From an uncultured Acidobacteriota bacterium (GTDB lineage Bacteria; Acidobacteriota; Thermoanaerobaculia; UBA5066; Gp7-AA6), in the NCBI GenBank assembly GCA_963811425.1, contig CAWERV010000002.1:1825-65824 (forward strand): a stretch of 64,000 nucleotides of DNA, in the 5' to 3' direction. Positions 1-12,289 of the stretch are shown here, in pieces. Each line of letters starts with the position of its first letter. Position 1 is the first letter of the stretch. The position numbers and the translations under genes are program-made. Under the pieces are notes generated by a model, which saw only the letters and a list, made by a program, of their open reading frames with translations, was not told the origin of the DNA and did not search any database.

Positions 1-814
1 ACTCGGGGCGGTCCATGCCGGCGCGCAGGCGCCAGAGCCTGCGGCGAGCGCGGGCGACGAGACCGGTGGGCTCGTCCTCGGGCGTCTCGAACTCGGGATA
101 GGAGGAGAGCCGGATGCCCCGGCGCACGGCTTCGCGCGCGGCCGCGGCGAGCTCCGCGTTCAGCACGGCCGTCTCTTCCCCCGACAGCAGCTCCGGCGTC
201 ACATCCACGCCCTCGGTCGGCGAGACGAACCGCACGTCGATCTCGGTCGCGCCGTGGGCGGTGGCGAACTCGGGAAGCGCGGCCAGGTCCTTCCGGTTCG
301 ATTTCATCCACGTGAAGATGATCCTCAGCCGAGGCGTCCTCGACTTCAGATCGCGCTTGACGCGGTTCAGGGTGTCGAGGCACGCGAGGAGGCGTTCCCA
401 TTTCGCCGGAACGCGGATCTTCTCGTAGGTGTCTTTCGCCATACCGTCGATGGATGCAGCAACCGTCGCGACGCGGTTGCGGACGAGGGTCTGCGCAGTC
501 GGCTCGGTCAGGGCGAGGAGGTTCGTCGGAAACCACAGGTCGGGAACGCCGTAACGCCCGGCGATCTCGACCATCTCCCGGAAGCGCGGATGGATCATCG
601 GCTCGGCGGCGCAGGCGAGCGCCACGCGCCAGGCGCGCGGGAAGAGGTCGGCGGCGATCTTCTCGAAGACCTCGACGGGCATGTTGCCGTCGTCGGAAAG
701 CTGCCGGTCGTAGGGCGGAAACGCGAGACGGTCGGTTGCGGCGAAGTAACACATGACGCACTTCAGGTTGCAGCGCGCGGTGAGGTCCAGGATGACGTTG
801 AGGGGCCGGGGCAC
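1..814 (-). CDS. radical SAM domain protein (3' end runs off window edge)
   Basis: Absent from the ORF track because it is open at base 1. My reverse-complement translation from GTG 814..812 reads VPRPLNVILDLTARCNLKCVMCYFAATDRLAFPPYDRQLSDDGNMPVEVFEKI... with a CxxxCxxC cluster (CNLKCVMC), and stays open to base 1. It starts 7 nt after the TAA of the upstream membrane protein. Confidence 0.8.
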   Translation of the reverse strand, partial: MPRPLNVILDLTARCNLKCVMCYFAATDRLAFPPYDRQLSDDGNMPVEVFEKIAADLFPRAWRVALACAAEPMIHPRFREMVEIAGRYGVPDLWFPTNLLALTEPTAQTLVRNRVATVAASIDGMAKDTYEKIRVPAKWERLLACLDTLNRVKRDLKSRTPRLRIIFTWMKSNRKDLAALPEFATAHGATEIDVRFVSPTEGVDVTPELLSGEETAVLNAELAAAAREAVRRGIRLSSYPEFETPEDEPTGLVARARRRLWRLRAGMDRPE

Positions 815-821
815 GCGCGAA

Positions 822-3284
822 TTATGTCATCGGGGGCGGGGCGCGACGCCGGCCGAAACTGCGGGACACGGCGAAGACGAGGAGGACGGCGAGCGTCGCG
901 AGCGAGAGCGCCGCGCCGGGCCGGAATCCCGGCGGGCTGTAGTGGAGCGCGACGCGGTGCGTTCCGGGCGGCAGCTCGAGTGCGAGGAACGGCCCGTTGG
1001 CCAGATGCGCGGCCACCGGTGCGCCGGCGGCGTTCCGGGCCGACCAGCCGCCGTCCTGGACGAGAGAGAACACGACGAAGCCGGTGCCACGGCCCTCCGG
1101 CACCCGGACGGAGAGCGAGGCGGCATTCGTAGATTCCGAGTAGTCCCCGACCTCGGTGGCCGGATTGTCGCGATCGGCGCCGCCGTCGGTCAACAGATAG
1201 GCGGTCTCCTTCCAGTCCTCGAGCGCAGCGATCTCGCGGAAGGCTCCTCCGAAGGCCGCGGCGGCGTCCAGAACGGGCCCCGCGCCGTGGGGAGCCGGAG
1301 GCACGAAACGGATTCTCCGGGGCGAAAAGGCGCGCGGCAGCACGCGTGTATTCTCGAACACCCTGCCGTCCGTGCCGGCGTAGACCGGCTGCCACCGAAC
1401 CCCGGGCGGCTGGCTCTCCGGAGAACCGATGACGTAGCGTACGTTGAGGAAGTCCATCGCGGGAGCATTCACGTTGCGGATCTTCTTGAAGTAATCCGCG
1501 TACGGATAGCCGCACGTCGCGTCGAGAAAATTCATGTAATCGTGACGCTCCACGGCATCGTGCGTCCGGATGTCCTCGAGCCGCGCAAACACGTTCGTGC
1601 TGGGAAAGAGCGTAGGGCCCTCCCCGACCACGCGAAAGGTCCCCGGCTGTTCGTGGAGAAATCGCAGCAGGGGAGTCTCCGGAAAGAGGAGGCCCGGCGG
1701 GTAGACACGGTTCAAGTCGTGCCACTGGAGGAGGAGCTCTCCTCCGCACAGGACGGTCAGGCCCGCGACGTACGCTCCGGGCCGTGACCGCGTCCCGAGC
1801 GCGAGCAGTGCGGCGAGGCCGAGGACCGCGAGGATCACGACGACCTGTCGCTTCTGGAAAGGCTGGCCTCCGGCCGCGGCGTGTACCCCCCGCGCGAAGA
1901 GATAGAGGGAAAGGGCGCAGCAGCCGAGTGCCGCGGGAACGACGACCGCCGCGGTCGCCGTCGAGCGCCCGCCCCGGAGATCCGTCGCGTAGCGATCGAG
2001 CTCGAGCGCGGCGATCGCCGGCGCCGCAAGTGCGACCCACCCGTTGAACCGCAGGGGAAACACATACCGGATCACCGGCACGTGCGCAAAGATCTCGGCC
2101 AGAGGCCAGGCGCAGACCGCGACGCCGAAGCCGCAGACGAGCAGGGCCCAGAGCACCCACTCCGTGGGTTTGCGTGCCGACCCCGGCCGGATCACGAGGA
2201 ACGCCGCCGTCCAGCCGGCGATTCCGATGTAGCCCATCGCCATCTCGCAGAACGTGCCGGTCCCGCCCGGTATCGTCGGCGAGGATCCTCCGTTGCCGAG
2301 GGTGTGCGGGAAGAACGGCGGGAACAGGGCGCGCCACTGCGGCCAGTGCGGAGCGATCGACAGCAGCGGCTCCCAGTACGGATGGGCCACCGCTGCGAGG
2401 CGCGCCGATGCGGCGACGGCGAGCAGGGTGGGCACCAGAAGAAACGCCGTCAGGCCGATGCCGACCGCGCCGGCGAGCGCGATCGCGCGGGCAAGGCGGA
2501 GCAAGTCCGGCAGGTGGCCCGAGAGCGCTCGGCCGGTGAGCCACAGGGCGACGAATACGAAGCCCATCACGGCCGACTCCGGGTGGCCCGCGAGCTCCGT
2601 CAGCACGAAGACGACCGTCAGCGCCGCGATCGATCGCCCGCGACCCCTCTCGTCGCGGCAGCGCTCCACGAGAAAGAGCGTCCACGGCCACAGGCAGAAG
2701 ACCGAGGACTGGGGATACAGAATCCAGGGTGGGACGAAGGTGAAGGACAGCGCAAAGGCGACCGCCGCGAAGCCCGAAGAGCGCCCCGACACGCCGAGCT
2801 CCCGCATCCAGAGCCACATCCCGCAGGCCGCCAGCAGCAGCTTGACGGCGATGGCGAGCGTGAAGCCGCGCCATAGGGGCAGCAGCAGGGTGAGGAACGT
2901 CAGCGGCGAAAAGGCCGCCGAGACGCCGTTGGCCGCGAGCGGTGTGCCGCAGCCGTTCCACCGGTCGCGCAGGGGAAGCGCGCGGTCCTGCCAGGCCAGG
3001 CGGACCGCCTCGGCCCACGGGAGGATCTGTGTGGCGATGTCGTTCAGGTACGGGTTGCGCGGCGGAGGGCTTCCGGCCACGTACCAAGGGCGGACGAAGG
3101 CGGCATGATCGAGCGGAAGCGGCGTGACGCGCTCGACGAAGGCACGCGGGTAGGGAAGAACCGCGAGCACGAGGAACCCGGCCATGGCCGGACGCGGAAT
3201 CGGGCGATGGACGAAGCGCGCCGCAGCGGCGACCGCGGCCGTGGTCGCGAGGAGGAGCAGGATGATCGCGAGGGATCCGATCAC
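822..3284 (-). CDS. polytopic membrane protein, YfhO/GT-C-like (putative glycosyl- or lipid-transferase)
   Basis: 820-aa track ORF. Many hydrophobic helices fill the first ~500 aa (LAIILLLLATTAAVAAA, FLTLLLPLWRGFTLAIAVKLLLAACGMWLWM, ...), followed by a ~300-aa soluble C-terminal region. The layout resembles YfhO-type membrane proteins. The function is a guess. Confidence 0.6.
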   Translation of the reverse strand: MIGSLAIILLLLATTAAVAAAARFVHRPIPRPAMAGFLVLAVLPYPRAFVERVTPLPLDHAAFVRPWYVAGSPPPRNPYLNDIATQILPWAEAVRLAWQDRALPLRDRWNGCGTPLAANGVSAAFSPLTFLTLLLPLWRGFTLAIAVKLLLAACGMWLWMRELGVSGRSSGFAAVAFALSFTFVPPWILYPQSSVFCLWPWTLFLVERCRDERGRGRSIAALTVVFVLTELAGHPESAVMGFVFVALWLTGRALSGHLPDLLRLARAIALAGAVGIGLTAFLLVPTLLAVAASARLAAVAHPYWEPLLSIAPHWPQWRALFPPFFPHTLGNGGSSPTIPGGTGTFCEMAMGYIGIAGWTAAFLVIRPGSARKPTEWVLWALLVCGFGVAVCAWPLAEIFAHVPVIRYVFPLRFNGWVALAAPAIAALELDRYATDLRGGRSTATAAVVVPAALGCCALSLYLFARGVHAAAGGQPFQKRQVVVILAVLGLAALLALGTRSRPGAYVAGLTVLCGGELLLQWHDLNRVYPPGLLFPETPLLRFLHEQPGTFRVVGEGPTLFPSTNVFARLEDIRTHDAVERHDYMNFLDATCGYPYADYFKKIRNVNAPAMDFLNVRYVIGSPESQPPGVRWQPVYAGTDGRVFENTRVLPRAFSPRRIRFVPPAPHGAGPVLDAAAAFGGAFREIAALEDWKETAYLLTDGGADRDNPATEVGDYSESTNAASLSVRVPEGRGTGFVVFSLVQDGGWSARNAAGAPVAAHLANGPFLALELPPGTHRVALHYSPPGFRPGAALSLATLAVLLVFAVSRSFGRRRAPPPMT

Positions 3285-3365
3285 GGCGTTCGAGGTTACT
3301 ACGCGCCTCGCCCCGAAACCGTCACCGTCTCTTCAACGCCGACACCCGAACTCCGGCCCGGCGCC

Positions 3366-4010
3366 CTACCTGGCTCCCATCGCCTCGCGGAATTCCTTGA
3401 GCCACTTATCGGAGATCGGCTCGGGTGGCGCGGAGCCGAGCGCCTCCACGATCAGAACGTGTGGCAGATCGGGAGAGTCATCCCAGGTCTCGTGGCGCTC
3501 GAGCCCCTTCAGCGCAGGCAGGTCGCTCTCGCCGTAGCGGCAGAAGGTCGCGCTCGCGAAGCCTGCGGATCTCAGGGCGGCGACGAGCATCGGCCTGTTG
3601 TAGAGGAACTGGTGGCCCCAGCCGTGGAAGGCGCGGTTCAGGCGCAAGCAGTCCTCCTGGCGGTCCTCCTCGGTGACGTCCCGCCACCGGTAGTGCGTCG
3701 TCAGGACCCAGTCGAGGTTGGGGGTTGAGAGGCGCAGCACCCCGTCCGGCGCAAGCACGCGCCGGCACTCCTGGAGAAACGCCAGGCCGTCGTCGAGTGC
3801 GAGGTGTTCGAGGAAGTGCTCCGCGTAGATCGCGGCGACTCGGGCGAAGGGGAGGCCCCGCCGCACGTCGAGCACCTGATCCACGCCGGGCAGGCCCTGG
3901 TTGTCGATGTTGATCCAGCCCGGGAGTGCTTGAGTGCCACAGCCGATGTGGAGGCGCGTGGGCTGACCGGATTCCTCGGCCTCCGGGCGTTTCTTGCGGA
4001 ACAGTCGCAT
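3366..4010 (-). CDS. class I SAM-dependent methyltransferase (Methyltransf_11-like)
   Basis: Track ORF 3366..4163, trimmed to the internal ATG at 4010 (MRLFRKKRPEAEE...). It has the glycine motif LHIGCG, then AIYAEHFLEHL and APDGVLRLSTPN, typical of small class I methyltransferases. The discarded upstream part is Arg/Pro-rich. Confidence 0.75.
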   Translation of the reverse strand: MRLFRKKRPEAEESGQPTRLHIGCGTQALPGWINIDNQGLPGVDQVLDVRRGLPFARVAAIYAEHFLEHLALDDGLAFLQECRRVLAPDGVLRLSTPNLDWVLTTHYRWRDVTEEDRQEDCLRLNRAFHGWGHQFLYNRPMLVAALRSAGFASATFCRYGESDLPALKGLERHETWDDSPDLPHVLIVEALGSAPPEPISDKWLKEFREAMGAR

Positions 4011-4104
4011 CGCCAGTGCCGGCGTGTTTACCACAGTCGGACGAAGCCGAATCGAACTTCCGGCGAAGCGTGTGCTAGGATTTTGAAAAATCGGAGGAGG
4101 CCCC

Positions 4105-7011
4105 ATGCGCCGAGTGCTTTCGTCGCTCTTTCTGGCGATCCTCGTCCTTCCCGCAGCCCTCACCTACGCGCAGACCACCGGCGACATCATCGGTCGGGTG
4201 ACCGACGAGCAGGGCGGCGCCCTTCCGGGTGTCGCGGTCGAGGCGAGGAGCCCCTCGCTCCAGGGCGCCCGCACGACGGTCACGGACGCCACGGGGGGCT
4301 ACCGCCTGCTCGTGCTGCCGCCAGGCGTCTACAAGGTGTCCACGAATTTGCAGGGATTCGCCAGGTCCGAGGTCACGGTCACCGTCTCCCTCGGCAAGAC
4401 GGCGACGGGCGATTTCCGTCTGCGGCCGGCCTTGAAGGAAGAGGTGGTCGTCTCCGCGCAGGCGCCGCTGGTCGATCAGGCATCGAGCGCCATCGGCAAC
4501 AACATCGACAGCCAGGAGATCAAGTCGCTTCCGAGCGGCCGCAACTACACGTCGATCGTTCAGATCGCTCCGGGTGTGACGACCCAGAGCTCCAACACCG
4601 CGGCCTTCGCCAACTCGATTGTCATCAACGGCTCGACGGGCCTCGAGAACTCCTTTGTCATCGACGGCGTCGACACGACCGGTGTCGAGTACGGTGCGCA
4701 GGGAAAGGAGCTCAACTACGAGTTCATCCAGGAGCTCGATGTGAAGACCGGAGGCTACCAGGCCGAGTTCGGTCGCTCGACGGGCGGCATCATCAACGTG
4801 ATCACCAAGTCCGGCGGAAACGAGTACCACGGTGAGGCCTTCGTCTACTACGACAACAACTCCTTGCAGGCGTCGAACAAGCACCCGGAGGACTCGGAGC
4901 TCTATTCCTTCGTCTCGGGATACAACCGGCTCGACTACGGCTTTGCCCTCGGAGGGTTCGTCCTCAAGGACAACCTCTGGTTCTTCGGCGCCTACGACCG
5001 CGTGCAGAACACGACCAAGCAGACGCTGACGACCGGGCCGAACATCGGGCAGCCGGCCAACACGGACACCACGAAGAACCTCGGTTCGGCCAAGTTGACA
5101 TGGATGCTCAATCCTTCGAATACGCTCATCGGCAGCTACTTCCAGGATCCGCAGGACGCGACGGGCGCCGTGAACGACGGCGCGCACCCGCCGAATGGCC
5201 CGTACACGACGTTCATTGGCCTGCAGCAGGCCGGCGGGAGCGATTATTCGCTTCGGTACAACGGTCTCATCGGTTCGACCTGGGTCATCGCGGCGCAGGG
5301 AGCGGTGCATCACGAGCAGAACTCGGTGGATCCGGGATTGCCGGGCGGAAACGACATCCAGTACATCGACACGCGGGACAACCAGATTCAGAGCGGAGGC
5401 TTCGGCCTGATCCAGGACAAGACGTTCAAGCGCTACCTGGGAACGGTGTCCGCGACGAAGTACCTGGCGAACCACGAGATCAAAGGCGGCTTCGAGTTCA
5501 TGGAAGACCAGGCGGACGTCAACAAGCACAACTCCGGCGGCATCCCCGGGGGCCAGCAGGTCACGATCTACGATAACCCCAACAATCCTTCGCTGCCCGT
5601 GTACTCGCACTTCTACTGGACGACCGTCGACGCGACGGTCGCGAACGCCCCCACGTCGGCGCTCATCACGGACCCCTTTCACCGAACGTATTCCCTCTAT
5701 CTGCAGGACACGTGGACCGTCCTCAAGAACCTGACCGTGAACCTGGGCATCCGATGGGACGACGAACAGATCTACGACCGGGATGGCGTGCGGCAGGTAA
5801 ACCTCAACCAGAGCTTTGCACCGAGAGTCGGATTCACCTGGGACCCGTTCTGCGACAACAGGACCAAGGTCTTCGGCTCCTTCGGTTATTTTTACGAGCA
5901 GATTCCGATGGACCTCGTCATCCGCTCCTACAGCTCGGAGAGGCAGGCGACCATCTACAACTTCGATCCGACCTCGACGACGCCGAACGTAGACGCCGCC
6001 ACGATCGCCGTCGGGGCCGACAGCTCGGCCGTAGCCCATGGCGGGGGAACGATTTTCGGCTCCCTCAATGACCAGACGGACGCCAACCTCAAGGGGCAGT
6101 ACCTTCGCGAAGGCATCTTCGGGGTCGAGAGCGAGGTGATTCCGAACTTCGCGGTGGGGGCCCAGTTCATCTATCGGGATCTTCCGCAGGTCGTCGAGGA
6201 CTTCCTCTGCGACACCAACGCCGGGACCTATTGCGTCGGCAACCCGACTCAGGACCGGATGAAGTATCTCTACACGCTGGATTACAGCGGCGCGGCCTTC
6301 CTGGCACCGAGGGCGCAACGCTACTATCGCGGGTTTCAGCTCCAGGCGACCAAGCGATTCTCGGACAACTGGTCGCTCCTCGCGTCCTATGTCTACGGGA
6401 CGTTGAAGGGCAACTACGACGGCACGTTCGCACCCTACACGCAGGCTCGCGGCACGGCCGACCCGAACATCTCGGCCCTCTACGACTACTACGATTTCTT
6501 CACGAAGGGATCGGTCGTGGGCGGCGTGGCACAACCCTATACCGCGAGCGGGTACCTTTCGAACGATCGCCGCAGCGTCGTCAAGCTCTCCGGCCTCTAC
6601 GTGACGCCCTTCAATCTGTCGGTCGGCCTCGTCACCTACTACCAGACCGGCACGCCGATCTCGCGGATCGGTTTCAGCAACGTTTACCAGCGGTACGAAT
6701 TCTTCCTGACGCCGCGTGGCACCGAGGGGCGCGTACCGGCGAGCTACGACGCCGATCTGCACCTCGGGTATCCGCTCCAGCTCGGGCCCGTGAGCCTCAC
6801 ATTCCTGGCAGACATCTTCAACCTCTTCAATACGCAGAGGGTGATTGCCGTCGATCAGAGGTACAACCTCTCGGAGTTCGATAATCCGAGCTACGTTTGT
6901 GGCAGCCAACCGGGGAGTGCAGACCAAGCGAGGTGCAACTCGACGTATGGCCAGCCCATCGCGCGATCGTTGCCTACGTCCGTGCGTTTTGCGCTGAAAC
7001 TGGGGTTCTGA
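4105..7011 (+). CDS. TonB-dependent receptor-like outer-membrane protein with N-terminal carboxypeptidase-regulatory-like domain
   Basis: Signal peptide MRRVLSSLFLAILVLPAALTYAQ. CarboxypepD_reg-like segment (GRVTDEQGGALPGVAVEA...TDATGGYRLLVLPPGVYKV). Long beta-rich body ending ...VRFALKLGF (aromatic C-terminus). GGAGGAGG RBS just upstream of the ATG. Confidence 0.85.
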   Translation: MRRVLSSLFLAILVLPAALTYAQTTGDIIGRVTDEQGGALPGVAVEARSPSLQGARTTVTDATGGYRLLVLPPGVYKVSTNLQGFARSEVTVTVSLGKTATGDFRLRPALKEEVVVSAQAPLVDQASSAIGNNIDSQEIKSLPSGRNYTSIVQIAPGVTTQSSNTAAFANSIVINGSTGLENSFVIDGVDTTGVEYGAQGKELNYEFIQELDVKTGGYQAEFGRSTGGIINVITKSGGNEYHGEAFVYYDNNSLQASNKHPEDSELYSFVSGYNRLDYGFALGGFVLKDNLWFFGAYDRVQNTTKQTLTTGPNIGQPANTDTTKNLGSAKLTWMLNPSNTLIGSYFQDPQDATGAVNDGAHPPNGPYTTFIGLQQAGGSDYSLRYNGLIGSTWVIAAQGAVHHEQNSVDPGLPGGNDIQYIDTRDNQIQSGGFGLIQDKTFKRYLGTVSATKYLANHEIKGGFEFMEDQADVNKHNSGGIPGGQQVTIYDNPNNPSLPVYSHFYWTTVDATVANAPTSALITDPFHRTYSLYLQDTWTVLKNLTVNLGIRWDDEQIYDRDGVRQVNLNQSFAPRVGFTWDPFCDNRTKVFGSFGYFYEQIPMDLVIRSYSSERQATIYNFDPTSTTPNVDAATIAVGADSSAVAHGGGTIFGSLNDQTDANLKGQYLREGIFGVESEVIPNFAVGAQFIYRDLPQVVEDFLCDTNAGTYCVGNPTQDRMKYLYTLDYSGAAFLAPRAQRYYRGFQLQATKRFSDNWSLLASYVYGTLKGNYDGTFAPYTQARGTADPNISALYDYYDFFTKGSVVGGVAQPYTASGYLSNDRRSVVKLSGLYVTPFNLSVGLVTYYQTGTPISRIGFSNVYQRYEFFLTPRGTEGRVPASYDADLHLGYPLQLGPVSLTFLADIFNLFNTQRVIAVDQRYNLSEFDNPSYVCGSQPGSADQARCNSTYGQPIARSLPTSVRFALKLGF

Positions 7012-7055
7012 GGGAGAAGTCTCGAAGATTCCGTTGCCCGGCGAGGGGAACTGGG

Positions 7056-7856
7056 TCAGCGCGGGGGAGCGGCTCCGAGTGGGGCTGCGAAGAAGTCGCC
7101 GAGCGCGGCGGCTACCGCACCGGGCCGCTCCATCGGCGTGAGGTGCCCGGCGGCGGGCACCGTGACGAGCCTGGCTCCGGGAATCGTATCCGCCATGGCC
7201 TGAGAGTCCGAGGGCGGCGTCAGGGTGTCCGCGTCGCCGACGACGACGAGCGCGGGGATGGCGATCTCGTGCAGGATGTCTCGCGAGTCGGGCCGGTCCT
7301 TCATCGCAGTGAGGTCCGCCGCCACGGTCTCCGGCGTCTGCCTCATCATGATCCGCCGCACGCGGTCGACGAGGTCGCGGTTCGAGAGCGAGAATGGGCC
7401 GAGTACCTTCGGCACCATGCTTTCGGCGATCGCGGCGACTCCGCCTGACCGCACGAGGGCGATGGCCTCGTCGCGCCTGGCCTTCCCGGCCGCGTCGTCG
7501 GCCGCGGCCCGCGTGTCCACCAGGGCCAGAGCGCGAAGCGTTGCAGGGCGGCGTCGCACGAGCGCGAGCGACACGTATCCACCCATCGAGAACCCGGCGA
7601 CGCCGGCGGGCTCGGCGAGTCCGTCCAGCACCGCCTGGAGGAAGTCCGCGTAGTCTTCGATCCGCCCCTCCGACGGGGCAGCCGTCTCCCCGCGGCCCGG
7701 AAGGTCCGGCTTCAGGACTCGGAATCGGCCGGCCAGGGCCCTGGCCACGCCCGACCACATCGCTCCGTCGAATGGATAGCCATGGACGAGCACGACCGCA
7801 GGCCCGGTGCCCGACTCCCGAATCCGTGCGGGCTGACCCTTCCAGACGATGTCCAT
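7056..7856 (-). CDS. alpha/beta hydrolase fold protein
   Basis: Track ORF 7056..7931, trimmed to ATG 7856 (MDIVWKGQPARI). Contains VVLVHGYPFDG, the nucleophile elbow GFSMGG, and C-terminal LVVVGDADTLTP...AGHLTPMERP. Confidence 0.85.
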   Translation of the reverse strand: MDIVWKGQPARIRESGTGPAVVLVHGYPFDGAMWSGVARALAGRFRVLKPDLPGRGETAAPSEGRIEDYADFLQAVLDGLAEPAGVAGFSMGGYVSLALVRRRPATLRALALVDTRAAADDAAGKARRDEAIALVRSGGVAAIAESMVPKVLGPFSLSNRDLVDRVRRIMMRQTPETVAADLTAMKDRPDSRDILHEIAIPALVVVGDADTLTPPSDSQAMADTIPGARLVTVPAAGHLTPMERPGAVAAALGDFFAAPLGAAPPR

Positions 7857-7878
7857 GATGGGTTCTCGGCGAGGGGGA

Positions 7879-9054
7879 TCAGACGCCCCCGGGTCCGGCT
7901 CGCAGTCCTGAGGCGGAAAGGCCGCTCTCATCGACGATGCCGCGCAGGAGATCGACGACGTCCCCGTCCCACCAGCCCTTTTGCACCCCTTCGAAGAGGA
8001 TCTCGAACGCAGTCTCGACGCGCAACGCCCCGCGGTACGCGCGGTCGGTCGTGAGGGCGTCGAAGATGTCGGCGACGGTCACGATGCGCACGGCCATGGG
8101 AATCGCGGTACCGGAGATTCCCTCGGGATAACCGGATCCGTCCAGGCGCTCGTGGTGGTGATAGACGACGGGAAGGGTCTTGCGCATCGTCTTCATGGGC
8201 GAGAGCAGATCGTTGCCGACGACCGGGTGCTCCTCGATGATCGCGCGCTCCTCGGGAGTGAGAGCACCGGGCTTGCGCAGGACCGCGTCGGGAATGACGA
8301 TCTTGCCGAGATCGTGAAAGAGGGCCCCGCGGCGCATGTCGTTGCGCGCACCGGCGTCGAGCCCCATCCGGGCGGCGATGTGGTCGGCGTATTCCGCGAC
8401 GCGGCCGCTGTGCCCGGCCGTGTACGGATCCCGCGCATCGATCGTCTTCGCCAGCGTCAGGATGACGTGCTCGGCGTGCTCGTGCTCGTCGGCGAAGAGC
8501 TTGAGCATGACGAGGGCGCGCACTCGGGGCAGCAGCTCTTCCTGCGAGAACGGTTTGGAGATGAAATCCGTGACGCCGCCGGACTGCGCGCGCATCTTCT
8601 CGGAGGCCGTCGCCATTCCCGTCAGCATCACGACCGGCAGCAGGCGCGTGGTCGGGTCCGCACGGATCGCCTCGAGCACCTCGTGGCCGCTGCGGTCTGG
8701 CAGGTGAAGATCCAGGAGCACGAGGTCGGGGGCATCCGCGCGGATGCGCGCGAGTCCCTCCTCCGCGGTCGGGAACAGTTCGACGAGATAGCCGGCCGGA
8801 GTCAGAAGCCGGTGGAGGAGGCGCCGGATCTGGTCGTCGTCATCGATGACGAAGACGCGCGCCGAAGAGGATTCGGGAGCGCGAGCCCGGGCGGTGAGGA
8901 GGGTGGATTCGATGGGAAAAAGTATAGCCGATGGTGGCGCGGAGGCTGTCTGCGATTGACGATTTCGCTTCCCGAGCCTACAATGCTCGGTACAGGTAGC
9001 AATAGATTGAAGTCGATCAGGAACGCTTCCAGGAGTGCGGGGGCGAAGGTCTGT

Positions 9055-9069
<15 letters not shown>
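7879..9069 (-). CDS. response regulator with HD-GYP phosphodiesterase output domain
   Basis: REC domain ([14 protein letters not shown]...[14 protein letters not shown]...VVMLTG) followed by HD-GYP (HDLGKIVIP...[14 protein letters not shown]). The stop is at 7879. The start is uncertain: there is no ATG/GTG/TTG in the ~50 in-frame codons upstream of the REC domain. The nearest canonical start is TTG 9069, which I used; the functional start may be nearer 8913. Confidence 0.8.
8956..8984 (+). promoter_or_regulatory. sigma70-type promoter candidate for the collagen-like gene (TTGACG-N17-TACAAT)
   Basis: TTGACG at 8956-8961, an exactly 17-nt spacer, and TACAAT at 8979-8984, inside a locally AT-richer patch. 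The in-frame ATG at 8983 overlaps the -10 hexamer, so it is unlikely to be the start. Confidence 0.55.
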
Positions 9070-12252
<3,183 letters not shown>

Positions 12253-12289
12253 TCTCCGGCGGAAGCGACCTAGGAACCGGCGGAGTCAG

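Noticed and set aside
254-1132. 292-aa + strand ORF at the window start
   Set aside because: It is antisense to the radical SAM gene and to the end of the membrane protein gene. Its composition is Arg/Gly-rich and I recognised no motifs.
4075-7758. 1,227-aa ORF on the minus strand
   Set aside because: It is antisense to the well-supported TonB-dependent receptor gene. It is Arg/Gly/Val-rich with no recognisable motif. Long antisense ORFs like this are typical of GC-rich DNA.
7981-9054. 5' extension of the 1,423-aa + strand ORF, including the ATG at 8983 as a possible collagen-gene start
   Set aside because: Upstream of about 8900 this frame is antisense to the HD-GYP/REC gene. ATG 8983 overlaps the TACAAT -10 hexamer of the best promoter candidate. 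GTG 9055, with an RBS and a signal-peptide-like sequence, fits better.
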